Below are positions 27,500 to 40,864 of a stretch of 64,000 bases of DNA, one piece after another (positions within the stretch are counted from its first letter, which is position 1; each line of letters starts with the position of its first letter). A model generated the notes under the pieces. That model had not been told where the DNA came from. It searched no databases and worked only from the letters and a program-made list of their open reading frames with translations. The DNA comes from Azolla caroliniana (lineage: Eukaryota; Plantae; Polypodiophyta): positions 25,482,001-25,546,000 of the forward strand of contig JBHGNT010000001.1 in the NCBI GenBank assembly GCA_043228905.1, given 5' to 3'. The translations under genes were made by a program, and so were the position numbers.

Positions 27500-28480
27500 T
27501 ACATTATGATGGTAGGTTATGTACACGTAGAAAATGAGTTATTTTGTTGTTGTTTACATAAAGAGGTGAGGGTGGTTGCAAATGATGGATTGAAGTGGTT
27601 CTTAGATCTAGATCCACAAAAGATGAATCTTTTCTCGTCTAGATTATGGAAAGGAGACCAATGACGAGGTAAACTTGGGATCCTGGAGAACTTTATTTGA
27701 TAGTGTTATTTCAAGAGTAGATAAAACATGTGCCTTTTTTTCAGCATTCAATGAAGATCAAAAGGAAAATATTATGTGCTAGGTTGAGGAAAGAACCAAT
27801 TGCAAACGTTTTCTCGAATGATGAAATTTCTCCACAACAACTCAAGCAATTTTGGAAATGGTTGTGGGGAATAAAAATAACTAGGAAAATTGTGTGTTTT
27901 ATACAGTGATTGATTGATTTATAGAACTATAAAGGTTGGTGCATGGAGAAAAGTTGGGAACACATATAATATGTGTGATTTTTGTATGCACCCAGTCAAG
28001 ATTGCGAACCATTGTTTGTGGAGCTGTGATTTTGCAATGGAAATATGGAAACAAATCTTTAGAATATTAATTGCAATATATCCTCAAGTGGTGTATACAT
28101 GGGTAGTGGTATTGTGAAAAGTTGTACAAGGGCAACCAATGTTGTATGAGAAGGAGGATGTTGCAAATGCTATTTTTCCAAGAAATGTTCTCATGTAAAA
28201 AAACAAATATACCCCTGAATCAAAAAATATTGACCAGTAAAATTGAAATATGGCTATTTGTAAGTAGTATTATGATTCGGTATATTTGGAAGGCAATGTG
28301 CTGGAAGGTACTCCAAAATATGACAAAAAGGCCTCCTCATATAATTACCAGAATTTGGACAGAGGTCATGCACTATCTTAAATTTTGTTTTGGATAGCAT
28401 GAAATGTGACGTTCAACATGCAGAATTGCAACAATTGATGTTTCATGCCATATGGAACAAAGTTATATCTTATTGTTGGT
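27500..28480 (+). mobile_element. LINE ORF2 3' relic
   Basis: CDFCMHPVKIANHCLWSC (zf-RVT CCHC) followed by IWLFVSSIMIRYIWKAMC...IWTEV. Confidence 0.75.
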
Positions 28481-29041
28481 TTTTTTATAAGGTGTAGTAG
28501 TTTTACTGTAAACTGAGTTATTGACTTAAGTTGATAGCTAGAACTTTTAAAAAAAAGGCAGTAGTACCATGCAGGTAAAGCAATTTCTTGTGCAACTTCT
28601 GGAATCTGGACGTTTATTGATATTGATGTAATATCTTTCTTCATGAAAATAAAATCAAAGCTGTGTTATTATTACCACACAAAGGGCAATCATTTGTATA
28701 TAAAAGAATTTGCTTTGCTTTGGGTGGTTAACTAGATTTTACACACCATAGAATAATCATACACAACAAGCATACTGTAATTTGCTACAATTAGTTTTTC
28801 AAGTCAGATATCAGGTTATCCACATAACTTTGGTTATTGGTGACAGACTCAAGTAGTTCGGCCAGCAATAATGATTACTAATTATGTACTACGTATAATG
28901 TTAAATTATACTTGAGTATCTAATTCAAAGCACACACAATCTTTATCGAAACATGCTCAACTAGTATACATATGTATGAAAAAAACATGTTTGAGGTGTA
29001 AATTTTAGATCACCTATTAAAAATTGTACATCTTTTGAGAG

Positions 29042-29703
29042 TCAAAGAACTGCCCATTTGGGCACAGGTGCTAAGAGTGATAACTCCTCGTTAGTTACAG
29101 GGTGCCGAAATGACATGCTTTCTGCATGCAAGGTGTGAGCTTCATAGCTTACCCCTTTCCAAACAAGGGGACCTCCATACTTGACATCCCCTAGGAGAGG
29201 GATGCCAAGAAACTGACAATGCAACCGAATTTGATGCGTCCGTCCAGTCACTGGGAACGCTCTTAATATGATTTCGTCTCCAGAAGGCAATACATTCTCA
29301 TATGGTTGACCCCTTTCTGCTACTCTTCTCTCACAAAATTGCTCATCCTCTGAACTTGCCTGAGATTGAGGCACCATTTCTCCATTGATTGACAAAACCT
29401 TGAACCGTGTCGCCATATCCTTCACAGACGCCTTTTCGGGTAATTTTCGCCCTATATCTTCGTTTGCGTAGACACGCCACGCACCCCATCTTGAGCGACC
29501 ATGACCTGTTTCCACATAGATTTCATTCCATGCAGGACGTTTTCCGATGCAGAGTGCTATGTAAGTCTTTTTTGCTTTTCTGTTTTGAAACATCCGGGTC
29601 AGCTTGCCAGCCACAATTTTGCATTTTGTAACAATCATGACTCCAGATGTATCACGATCCAAACGGTTTGCTAAATGCAAATGTGGCAGAGGTGGACATG
29701 ATC
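29042..29703 (-). CDS. RluA-family RNA pseudouridine synthase, exon 2 (catalytic domain)
   Basis: TGTAG acceptor, phase 1; HLANRLDRDTSG (catalytic Asp motif II), KTYIALC, PVTGRTHQIRLH, LLGDVKYG, LHAESMSFRHP; TGA stop. Confidence 0.92.
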
Positions 29704-30321
29704 CTACATTGTAAGATTCTGTTTCAGTGCATGTCCCAAATCAATGCCAAAAATTCAAGTGGCCTTAAAAGCTGAGCACCATACACATAAAAGTTCACAA
29801 AATGAATGATTTCTCAAAGATGTATAATTGCATGGCCATATGAGCTGCTCATTCTTCCATGGAGAAAGTCTTTAAAAAACACCACAATAACAGTCCCAGG
29901 ACATTTCCTTGTGGGGCACAATCTTTAAGTGCATGTTCAATTTTATGGTTTTGTGATCTACAAAACTTTGACGACTCACGAGGAGCATAAAATGACTTTT
30001 ACATTTCATTTGACAGGCAAAATTTCTATAATCATGTTTTGACTCGTGCATAAATTCCTGATCACATTTGAATATAACAAAAAACTCGCAAATACCTGAG
30101 CCTTTCTTTATTTTCCCAAATGTCCCTTCAAATGTTCGTTATTTCCTGAAGTGCCCTATAGGACAAGGATGGCTTCATATACATACTCCCAACCGACCAG
30201 GGTAGCAGAACAGAAGAATTGGGCCATAATCAAGATGGTCTAATGTTTTATTATATGAGTTAACTGCCTGTTCCTTACAGGGTTGACGCAATTAGCATCA
30301 TGGTCTACATCCTCAACTAGA

Positions 30322-30711
30322 GCTTCATATCAGCTCTGGAGAGCATGACTCCACTAGAGCCCTATCCAGGGAAGAAATATTAGGTTACACATCTTTGGAA
30401 AACTTGGATATCCAGGAGTTTTTTCTTATATTCAAATGTATAAGCATTTGCTTCATATCAGCTCTGGAGAGCATGACTCCACTAGAGCCCTATCCAGGGA
30501 AGAAAGATTAGGTTACACATCTTTGGAAAACTTGGATATCCAGGAGTTTTTTCTTATATTCAAATGTATAAGCATTTGCTTCATATCAGCTCTGGAGAGC
30601 ATGACTCCACTAGAGCCCTATCCAGGGAAGAAAGATTAGGTTACACATCTTTGGAAAACTTGGATATCCAGGAGGTTTTTCTTATATTCAAATGTATAAG
30701 CATTTGCTTCA
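30322..30711. repeat. 128-bp unit x3, near-identical tandem
   Basis: Units at 30322, 30450 and 30578; GCTTCA microhomology at the junctions. Confidence 0.97.
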
Positions 30712-32024
30712 CAAGTGTAGGATTAAGACGAACTTTAAAAGCAGAAACTTCACCTTCATCAGATATAGTCGTAGTCTAAAGCCACCAGATTCTATCATCC
30801 AACTAAAGAAGCCATACTCAATCAGGACATGGAATTCAATGAAGGTGTACTTGCCGCGTAAGTGAAAGATCTGAGATATAAGAAGGAATAGACATTAGTA
30901 GAAGAGTAGGAAATGCCACAATCAGGAGACGATGATCAGCCTGACATTCTGATGAGCCATGAAAAACCCAATTCAGCTCAAGAAGGAAGGCCCTGCTGAA
31001 ATGGGCAAGTCGGCTCCCTGTGATTGGATCAAGATTGCAGATTGAGGATATTGTGAAAGCTCAAGGAGATTCAAAAAGCAAGCATGGCTAAACCAACAGT
31101 GGATCAAATTGTAATTACACAGTAATGGAGGAAATCTTTGAAGTTCATACGAAGTCAAGTTCAGTGGACAAAGCACTGAAGGACCCTCGGTGGAAGAAAG
31201 CTATAGAGCCTGAGCTAGAAAATATACCATATAACTGAGCATGAAACTTAGTTGAAAGACTAAGTAAAAGGTCAAAGGATGAATAAGAGGTAACATTAAT
31301 GGGAAAAGGGTATGTGCATAAAAAAGATTTTGAAATTGAGAATCATCGGCCCAATTCAAGGATTGGCCCATTGGGGCAATTCTAGTTATCCATGGCATGG
31401 AACTGGCACGTATATCATATGAATGTAACATCTAAAATTATACATGGAGATTCGGGGAGCAACCACTGCGATTTGAGCTGCTGGATTTAGACAGAATGTT
31501 CTTGAGATTTTCAGAGCAGTCTATATGGGATAGTTCTCCAAAGAAGAAGAAGATTCAAAGGTTCCAGCTGACAATGCAAGGTAAGTAGATAACAATTATC
31601 ATGTTCAATGGAATGACCTAGCCTTCATCGGCACCATGGAAGAAGATCTTTGTCAGTTCAAGTGGAAACTGAGTTCCAAATATGATTGATCTGGATCTGT
31701 TGCACTTCCATCTATGATTAGAGGTGTACCAAAGGGACAGAAATATTTGTCACTTAGACCACAATGGGCTGAAATGATGATGGAGGCCAACATGAAACTG
31801 ATGAAGACTGGGATTGGAGAAGTGGGGAGAGTGGACAAATATTGGACTTTGGTCAGACGTCTCCAGGATTTGTGCAAGGTACCTCAAAATAGGCATCAAC
31901 CTTGGTGAAGGTTCTAAGTTGGCAGAATATTGTGATTCTAATTGGACTGGTGATCCAGAATACAGAAGGTCTACTTCCTGGCCAGGTATAGTTTCATGGG
32001 TTCAACATACTTTCCATGAAAAAT

Positions 32025-32121
32025 AAGGTGCGGTCAAGTATTTCGGTGTCCTAAATGGAAGCAGAGTACAAGGTGCGGTCAAGTATTTCGGTGTCCTAAA
32101 TGGAAGCAGAGTACAAGGTGC
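32025..32121. repeat. 45-bp perfect tandem duplication
   Basis: aaggtgcggtcaagtatttcggtgtcctaaatggaagcagagtac x2, followed by aaggtgc. Confidence 0.97.
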
Positions 32122-32745
32122 CCAATTATGCCAGAAAAGAAAGAGTGTGGCTGGCTGCTGTAGTTTGTCAGATTTAAAAATAATGATTGTGGGGAATCAA
32201 CATGGAAAAACATCTGATAGTTGGAGTTGCATTGCTATTAAGCCAAAGCCTATGTCCATTGGCGGACCAAGAATATTGAGATCCAATACCATTTCATACT
32301 AGATCCCATTGGATATGAGAAGCTATTTTATATTGGCAAACAAGTGTGTAGATCTCCTTACAAATGCCCTGGGTTTTGTCTGCCCATGAATTTCCTCCTA
32401 CTACTCTATCCCTCACTCGATGAAAAGATTTTCTTTGGTGTTGCATGGAAATCATCTACAAGCTTGCATTGATGAGTACAATATCATTTTCCTTTCAGCA
32501 TCAGCATAGTTCCTCGCATTTGAACCAACATGGCTCAGAGCTAAAATAAGAACTTCAAAGTTGCTAAAAAGTTGAATATGAGCTCCATAAGTTCTCATCA
32601 GGTGAATACTCTTCACCATAGCTCTTAACATATTTGAATCTATATTGCAAAGAAGAGAGCTTTTGACTGATGAAGAAGAGAAAATTATTTTATTATGCAC
32701 AAAACTATAAGAAAAATGTGAAAGGGATAATTATTATTGGGAAAT

Positions 32746-32927
32746 GTTGCTATTGGTCATCCGGTGAGGAACTAATTCCCGATTAAAAAAGCATGTGTTT
32801 ACACATAGTGTTATCTCTCCAACCCAGGTGTATCATGTTTACACCTAGGTTGGATGGATAATGCTATTTGTAAATACATGTTTTCTTATTGGAAATTACA
32901 TGTCCTTGCTGAATGACCAGCAATAGC
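32746..32927. repeat. Long imperfect hairpin (~85-bp arms, 7-nt loop) in the intron
   Basis: ...tccaacccaggtgta-tcatgtt-tacacctaggttgga... with pairing extending outward, mostly through transition mismatches. Confidence 0.85.
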
Positions 32928-33540
32928 TAGTAATATGGCCATTTGAAGAAGAAGAAACGAGCAGCATTTGCATCATCCTTGGGATCAAGTCTCCCGGGAT
33001 ATGAGTATTGTGAAGCGAAAGGTGTTCCGTTGGTGTAGTTCAGTCAGTTACACTTCCTACTATTGAGATGAACTTTTCAGCTGTGTTTACAAATGTAGGA
33101 CAAGATTGCCACTCAGATTGGTGTCAAGGCTTTGAAAGTTCAGGAAGCTGAATTTTCTTTTCAATCATAAATCTAATGCATACAAAATGGGAGAGGAGAC
33201 AAAAATGGTGCGATTGTAGAATCATGGAAACTTTGCTATAATTTTTTTGTGTCACGATCCGTTGTAGAATTATAGTTCTGGACAATAATAGGCAATCCAC
33301 AATCAATGTATGTATCTGTGCTTATTACGGAATTTGTAAGTGGCTATCTCAATGAAAAATGCAACCATTTATTTGAGTGGTGCAAATTTTTCTTTTACAA
33401 TAATTAGAAACGTTTTTCAATGCAATTACCAAGAAAATATCAACCCCAAAGCTTCAGCTGAAAAAGGAACAATCATGATCTCATACCTATCTATCCACAT
33501 ATGTATTTATACATAATCAAATGAAATAGAGAATACTAAC

Positions 33541-34141
33541 CTGTGGAATCTTCTTCCACTACCTCTGATACTTCTTCACATTGCTTCTTAGACAACATGG
33601 ATGTGACCGTCTCCAAGACATGGCCAGCATAGATCCCGGAAGGTTTGTTAATCACAAAGAGCCATTCATCTTGGTAGATTATATCTGAAGGAGAAAATGC
33701 CGGCTGAGAAGCCATGGAAGCTTCAGCTTTCAAAGCTCTTTGAAGTTCAATACCTTTGCCTATATCTCCAGACAAAGGAGAGAGGGGTTTTGGCCATTGG
33801 TTCATATCTACAGCGACAACAGCATCATCATTATTATCATCACTACCATTACTCTTAGAAGCAATGGCTTGTACTCCTGCTTCTTCTTCTTCTTCTTCTT
33901 CTTGTTTACATAGAGGTCTCATAACTGTGTAGACCTTGCAAAAAGAGTATCCCCTGTTCCGTCTACACAAAGTTAAAGGGGGAGAAGCCAGAGCCCTTCT
34001 ATCTCTTCGATAGGTTGTGCTTAAGCTGCTGTTACTTCTTCTCCTTCCCCCTCTTCCTGCTTTGCAATCCCCTGTTCCTGCTGCTAAGCAAAGAAGGTTG
34101 ATTGGTAGTGATGGTAACACAACGCACATGGACTGTTTCAT
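33541..34141 (-). CDS. RluA-family RNA pseudouridine synthase, exon 1 (start codon uncertain; the frame is open up to 34417)
   Basis: IIYQDEWLFVINKPSGIY (motif I); long Arg/Ser-rich leader resembling an organellar transit peptide; GTTAGT donor at 33540 in phase with exon 2. Confidence 0.8.
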
Positions 34142-34156
34142 ACTGAATGAAACAAA

Positions 34157-34445
34157 GTGAAGCCTAACCATAGACATGGATAGATTTGGAGGAGAGGGGG
34201 GGGGGAATCTCTCATCATAATGTGTATGGAGGAAACTTGGAATGGGACTCTTTGGGCCTGTGAAGCCTAACCACAGACATGGATAGATTTGGAGGGGGTG
34301 GAAACTTGGAATGGGACTCTTTGGGCATGTGAAGCCTAACCCTAGACATGGATAGATTTGGAGGGGTTGGAAACTTGGAATGGGACCCTTTGGACCTGTG
34401 AAGCCTAACCTAACCATAATATGTATGGAGGAAACTTAGAATGGA
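34157..34445. repeat. 69-bp tandem repeat (about 4 copies) at the 5' end of the pseudouridine synthase gene
   Basis: gtgaagcctaacc at 34157, 34260, 34329 and 34398; translates in frame as LGFT.PK.PIPSF repeats. Confidence 0.9.
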
Positions 34446-34629
34446 ACTTTTTGAGGTCCAATCTTTCACTCCAATGTGTCCACGACCTGATGAAGAAGAA
34501 TACTCATGTCCTTGTTCGATCGGAATGCCCATCCATACCTTGGTCCTTTTTATCTACTATGACTTCTTCCCCTTCCAACTCAACATCCCTCCAATCAGAG
34601 CCCTTTTATCGAGCGTCGTCTCTTGACTA

Positions 34630-34833
34630 TTGATGGTCTTTGATGCATGGAAGGAAGTGCACCGTCTTGGTGAACTGGTCTACCACAATGAGAATGGCAT
34701 CAATTCGTGGAAAACGAAAGATCTGCAATGAAATCCGAAGAGATAGACTTCCACTAGCTTTCAAGAATTGGCAATGGTCGTAGTAACTAATATGGTCAAT
34801 GTGGCAGACTCTTTAGTTTGACAACATGCATTA
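34630..34833 (-). mobile_element. Ty3/gypsy integrase relic, downstream half (split by Copia element A)
   Basis: Minus strand reads LLRPLPI..WKSISSDFIADL...DAILIVVDQFTKTVHFLPC. Confidence 0.8.
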
Positions 34834-37800
34834 TGAAAAGAATCGATCATGATTCTATGCTGTGGAATAGGTTAGATATGTGTGTTGTGTGTGTGTATGT
34901 GTGTTTGAGAAGAGGAGGGAAGAGAGACAAGATATAATAGAAAATAGAATACTCAAGAAGATGTATATTACAAAGGAGATTAACCGACACATTACATAGC
35001 AGGAGGGAGATGCTTTATATAGTCACCCTCTCTCTTCATTAACTATTGAAGCTCATCGGTCATGGGGAATGTGGAAACTCATTAGTTATGTGTCACAGAA
35101 TATGATTTTATGACACATAGTTAATGTGTAGAGAGTAGTGGTGACTTTTGACCTTTGAGTGCTCATAGATTCTCAAAGGTGTGTTCACACACTAGTCTAG
35201 GTTGAGCTTGATTCTCAACACACCCCCTCAAAGCTCAACTTGGGTTGGCTCCTTTAGGTTGATGTCCGCTTCGGCAGGTACCTAGTTTGGACAGTATCTG
35301 GTTCTCTCTTGTACTCCCCCTCAAGCTTCGCAAGTCAGGGATCATCAATCCAAGGTCTGACATGAATTGCCGAAGCTTGTCGTCTCCTAGGGCTTTTGTA
35401 AAGATGTCGGCTGTCTGAAGATTCGTGTTGATATGTTGATGGTCGACATCTCGAGCCTGAACGCGCTCTTAGATGAAGTGATAGTGCACCTCGATATGCT
35501 TTGTGCGCCGTGGAACACCGGGTTCCGAGCCAGATAAATACTGCTCATGTTGTCACAATACATGGGAATTTGATCATTGATGGGAATGCCCAGATCCTTA
35601 AGAATTCTCTTCAGCCAAATGGCTTCACATGCAGCCACAACCGCGCCCCTGTATTCAGCCTTTGTGTTCAAAAGAGCGACAATTGACTCCTTCTTGCTAC
35701 TTTAGGATATTACTCCGTTGTCGAGGGAGAAAACAAATCCGGAGGTCGATCGTCGATCGGCTCTGTAGCTGGCCCAATCAATCGATTTGAATTGGCATTG
35801 CCGTATTGTAGACAATGCCACAATCCATTGTGCCGCTCATGTATCATAACACTCGCTTAGTGCAATCCAAGTGAATGTCATGTGGTTTTTGCATGAATTG
35901 GCTAAGGAGACCGATCGTGTAGTTGAGGTTGGGACAATTGATTGTGAGATAGATGAGGCTCCCGATTAGTTGTTGGTACTGAGTCGGCTCGCGCTCTTCT
36001 GTGATGGAGTTGGCAGTTAGCTTCAGGTTCCGATCGAGAGGGGTTGCCACAGACTTACACTCAGTCATCCCGAACTTGCATAACAAGTTAAGGATGTAGT
36101 GTCGTTGAGAGATCATAATGTCGGCTAGAGTTCGAATTACCTCGATGCCAAGGAAGTAATGGAGCTCTTTCATGTCCGTCATCTCGAAATTGCGGGAGAG
36201 GAGGGACTTGACATCGTTGGTGTCAATTAGGTTTTCACCTCTAATGACCAGATCATCCATGCATAGGATGATGACAATCGGGCTTCTAGAGTCATTTTTG
36301 TTGAGCAAACAAGCTCAACCGGATCTGGATCGGCTGAATAAGCCAGAGTTGGATCGGAGTTTGGATCAAAGAACTGGATCGTATTGTAACGGGTAGGCCG
36401 TTAGAGGTCTACGATCCTAGCCTAGTACGTAGGCATATTTCTTGGAGTTAGTGTCAGTCGCTCGTATGAGCATTGAAGTACATGTCAGTACTTTTGTCAG
36501 TCCTTTCAAGGACTTGTACAAAAAGTGTTCAGTAGGACATTGTATGTATAGTGTGTTATTATTTTGAATTGAGTTTGTTTTGCTCTCTTTGTATCTACCG
36601 CGTACTCTCTCTTGTGTCTAAGCTTTCCATTAAACCTGTGCATATTCTCTGTTGCTATCAAGTGAAGCTGGTTTCATCTACAAGCTTCCATACGCTACTT
36701 TTTACATGGTTTTAGAGTGCAAGGGTTGAGAACCTTTGTTGCCGACCATCAATTTCCATAGATGAACCCTAACTTTTGGAAAAGCACAGACCGAAAAGAA
36801 AAGAAATGGATAGAGGGATGACAAGCTCGCTCCCGACAGAGAAGCTTGATAGAAGCAATTATGCATCTTGGTCTTACAATATGCACCGGTACCTACTTGG
36901 GCACAGTTACTAGAGCTATGTCAATGGAGCGAATGAAGTAGTGCTGGAGCCGACACACAAGGACTTCCCAGCATGGGAGCCAGGAGCAAGCAAAGTGTTG
37001 TACTGCCTCATGTCTTGTGTGGACGATCAGATGCTTGGCTACATCAGGGACGCAAAAACGCCGAAAGAAGCTTGGGAGAATCTGAAGAAGATTTTTGTGG
37101 CAAGCACAACGGCCCGGAAGTTGCAGCTCCGATAAGAGCTCAACAACATCTGACTGAGGGAAATATTAGTTACTGACTACACCACCAAGATAAAGGAGAT
37201 CTGGGATACGCTCGGTTCCATCAACGTGATGGTGGACGAAGACGAGATGGTCCAGATCTGCTCCAATGATCTAGCACAATAGTACGGGCCAATTTGGGTG
37301 ACAGTTTGCACCCGAGAGAAACCACCGTCCTTCTTCGACCTGCAATCGATGCTAATGGTTGAAGAAAACCAAGGGAGTGAGTTGAGAACCACTCAATCAG
37401 GCAATCATATGTTATACACGGAGGCGGATCGGCCCCATGGGCGTGGTGGACGAGGTGGGTCAGCATGCAATAGCGGTGACCGACAAGAACAGAACCGGAG
37501 GCACATAGATAGTGCTGACAGTAGTTGCGGACCCTCCACAAGTAGGGGAAGTCAAAGCGGTGATGGAAATCGGCAAGGAAAAGCCCAAACAAAATGCTGA
37601 TACTGTGGCAAGAAAGTTCCCCGAAAGAACGAGTGCTGGAAGAAGCGTGCCGATTCGGACAAATCCGGATTCGGCAAGGCCGGACAAGGGAATTGACAAA
37701 GCTCGCACTAGAAGGATCCGAAACTGGAAAGACCGGAAAAGGGCCAACCTTTGTGATGAAACACAAGGTGAACTTGATGAAGAAGACCACTTCCGGATCG

Positions 37801-38451
37801 GAGGAAGTGTGGTATGTTGATTCCGGAGCATCTAACCACATGATGAGCCATGAAGAGTGGTTCTCATTTCTGGAAAAGCCAAAGCAACCGGGAGTTGTCG
37901 AAACCGAAGACGACACTCCTCACCCGATCAAGCATGTCAGACAAAAGGGAAAGTTAATGAATGTTTTACATGTTTCGACAATCACGAAGAACCTGGTGTT
38001 GGTCGAACAGATTGTCGACCAGGGGATGCAGGTGCGGTTTATGCACCTCGGGTGCTTCATTGAGGAAGAGGGTTGAATCATTGCGCAAAGGGCGCGGGGA
38101 CGGGACGATATTCATCCTCGACACCAATGACATCGACATTACTCTATTCGTCAAAGGACAAAAAGTCGAGTCGAACATCAACTTATGGCACAAGCGAATA
38201 GGCCACATCAACTACTAGAGGCTTCAAGCTCTGCAATTGAAACATGTGGTTTCTGAATTGCCGAAATTTAGCGGCCAGAAGGCCCAAATTTGTGAAGCCT
38301 GACAACTCGGGAAGCAACACCGGCTTCCGATCCCCATCGAAAGAAATCAGAGCTGTAACAAGCTCGACATTATACATTCGGATGTATGGGGACTGGCACA
38401 GAACATTAGTCTTTTTCATCTTTTTCATCGACGACTACAGCCGACACACGT

Positions 38452-39291
38452 TGTCGTGCCTTTCGGTGCCGGATCGTTGTGTGAGTCAAGTGGGAACCGC
38501 CGGGGTTTTGGACTAGGAGGAGGAAGAATTTGAGACGAGTTTAGTTATGAATAAGAATATATTATAAGAAAGAGAGATTGAAACTTTTGAATCCCACAAG
38601 TATATTGTATTAGATTAATCAATATTAAGATAAGAATATGATTTTAGATTGAAAGAGAAGGATATAGAAACCTCGTGAATCCCACGAGTTTAGTTTATTT
38701 ATTTTATTAATATTTAAAACCCTAATAATAAATTAGAATAGATTGGAAGAGAAAGATATAGAAAACTTGTGAATCCCACAAGCATAGTTTATTTTATTAA
38801 TCATTATTTTTGAACCCTAATGATTTTTCATCCATAATTTTCTCTCCCCCCCATTACATTGTGCTCCCCATCCTTATATAGTGATGAGAGAGTCTTAACA
38901 ATCCATGCTTTTTCTCTTACTATGGACTCCGTGCTTTCTCTAACATTCTTTTTCTAAAAGTGATCATGCGTTTTTTATGAACTATAGTGTTCATGCATGC
39001 TAGATGTGCATGTGTAGCTTTTTCTTTTATCATGCGTTCTCTTCTAACTAAGGCTTTTTTATCTAGAAAATATATGTGAAATAAGCTTTTCTATGTGGGA
39101 TATCTATTTTTTTAACACTTATGATGTGTTAGTATAATGGTAAGGCTTTACATTATAAACATGGAGGTACAAGGTTTGAATCTTACCCTATGCATGTAAT
39201 ATATGTTTTAATATTTCTTTCTTTTTCTTCATATTTATTCAATCGGTTATTTTATATATTTTTCACGTAGTGTACGAAATACATTACGACA
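38452..39291 (-). mobile_element. Solo LTR E (TGTCGT...ACGACA, 4-bp TSD ACGT/ATGT) in the integrase of element B
   Basis: Removing it plus one 4-bp TSD restores DDYSRHTWIYL; three internal gaatcccac repeats; minus-strand TATA at 38881-38874; tRNA-like cassette at 39130-39183. Confidence 0.85.
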
Positions 39292-39426
39292 ATGTGGATC
39301 TATCTCATCGAGAAGAAAAGCAAAGTCTTGGACTGTTTCAGGACCCCACGAAACCTTGTGGAACGGGAAACAGAGAGAAAGATCAAGTGCCTACGGTCGG
39401 ATGGCGGAAATGAATACTTTTCTAGC

Positions 39427-39827
39427 TATTGAGAATCAAGCTCAACTTGGTTTAGTGTGTGAACTCACCTTGAGAGTGAAGAGACACTCCAACGGTCAAG
39501 AGTCACCATTATGTCACCACTTTGTATTCTAGCATTTAGTATGAGTCATAGAATCATATTCTATGACATATAACTTATGAGCTTTCACATTCCCCATGCT
39601 CCATGAGTCTTGTAGTTAATGAAGAGAGAGGGTGACTACATAAAGCACCCTCCTCCCACCTTGTATAAGTTGAGTCTTTCTCCTTTGTTAATATACTTTT
39701 TTTACCTTGCGTATTCTCTGTGTATTACTCCTTGTCTCTCTCACTCACTCACTCACTCTCTCTCTCTCTCATACACACACAGTTCACACCTATTCCGCTA
39801 CACAAGAATCATATCCGATTCTTTACA
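39427..39827 (+). mobile_element. Solo LTR F (element A family, opposite orientation), TSD CTAGC/CTAGT
   Basis: Reverse-complement homologue of 34834-35220; removing it restores integrase EYFSSQFNNY. Confidence 0.9.
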
Positions 39828-40864
39828 CTAGTCAATTCAACAATTATATGTAGCATAAAGGAATTCGGAGGGAATTTAGTTGCCGATATACGCCGGAGCA
39901 AAATGGCGTTGCCGAAAGGAAGAACTGGTCGATTGTGGAGGCGGCAAGGGCGATGCTTGAAAAAAAGAGCATGCCCAAGTTCTATTGGGCCGAAGTGGTT
40001 CAGACGATAGTGTACATTCAAAACCGGATCGAGGATAAGGTGTCATCACATGAGCTATATTTAGAGTGTGAGCCGAATTTATGACACCTCAGGGTATTCG
40101 ACAACATTGCTTATTTGCATGTGCAGGATGAGAGGCGGAGAAAGCTGGACCCGAAGTCGGAGAAGTTTATCCTTGTCAGCTACTCACATGAGCAAAAGGC
40201 TTATAAGTGCTATAACCCCTGAACAAAACAAGTTCGAGTGAGCCAAGATGTCGACTTTGACGAGTCCGCATCATGGTATTCTCTACCGACTCTAACCCCC
40301 GACTCTGACCCGATTCTAGAAGATGAGGCCAGTGAGCCCGAATTGATCCGAGCAAAAGATGAAGAAGGATTCGGTACTCTGGATGAGAGTTTGATCTCAT
40401 TCCAGCTAAGTGGGCCGAATGAGCGACAGAGTCGGAACGACCAGTCAGATGAAGAGCCGGTGAGTAGTAGAGATTCAACCTTTCTCTCCCTGTGCAAGGA
40501 AATGAGGAGATGGTTCACGCGCAAAGAAAAGGGGAAGAAGAAGATGCCAGAGTACGACACTGGCAAAGTAGAGTTGGATCGGAGTGAATCCGACTCCGGA
40601 AAGAACAAAGACGGACCTTCACAGATGAAGTCTGAGCCGACTAAGAAGGCCTTGAAATCCGAGCCGATTGACCCGCCAGAAGAACCCCGTAAAACGATAT
40701 GGGTATATTGAATACATGGCGCATCACTATGTGTACATGACAAAAGTGGCGGAAGTGCGTGAGCCGGAGAGCTACGCAGAAGCAGTGTCATGAAGTAGGG
40801 AAGCTTCACATTAAAAGTCTACAATAAGATAAATACATAACTAAAATAAAAAAAATCTTGATAG

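Larger units (their letters stand above)
30270..32390 (+). mobile_element. Highly degenerate Ty1/copia relic inside the pseudouridine synthase intron
   Basis: RNase H motifs YCDSNWTGDPEYRRSTS, EAEYK, TKNIEIQYHF and DLLTNALG are readable on the + strand. Confidence 0.7.
36299..40785 (+). mobile_element. Ty1/copia element B (5' LTR, gag, protease, integrase; truncated at the start of RT), inserted in the RT of element A
   Basis: LTR at 36299-36706 (TGTTGAG...TTACA) followed by a degenerate Met-type PBS tggttttagagt; gag EKLDRSNYASW and KTPKEAWENLKK; protease WYVDSGASNHM; LWHKRIGHIN; integrase FIDDYSRHTWIY and LRSDGG.EY; ends at EPESYAEA. Confidence 0.88.

Noticed and set aside
30322-30711. Regular repeats as a possible CRISPR array (also 49867-50078 and 63834-64000)
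   Set aside because: The units are contiguous with no unique spacers, there are no cas genes, and the context is eukaryotic TE sequence.
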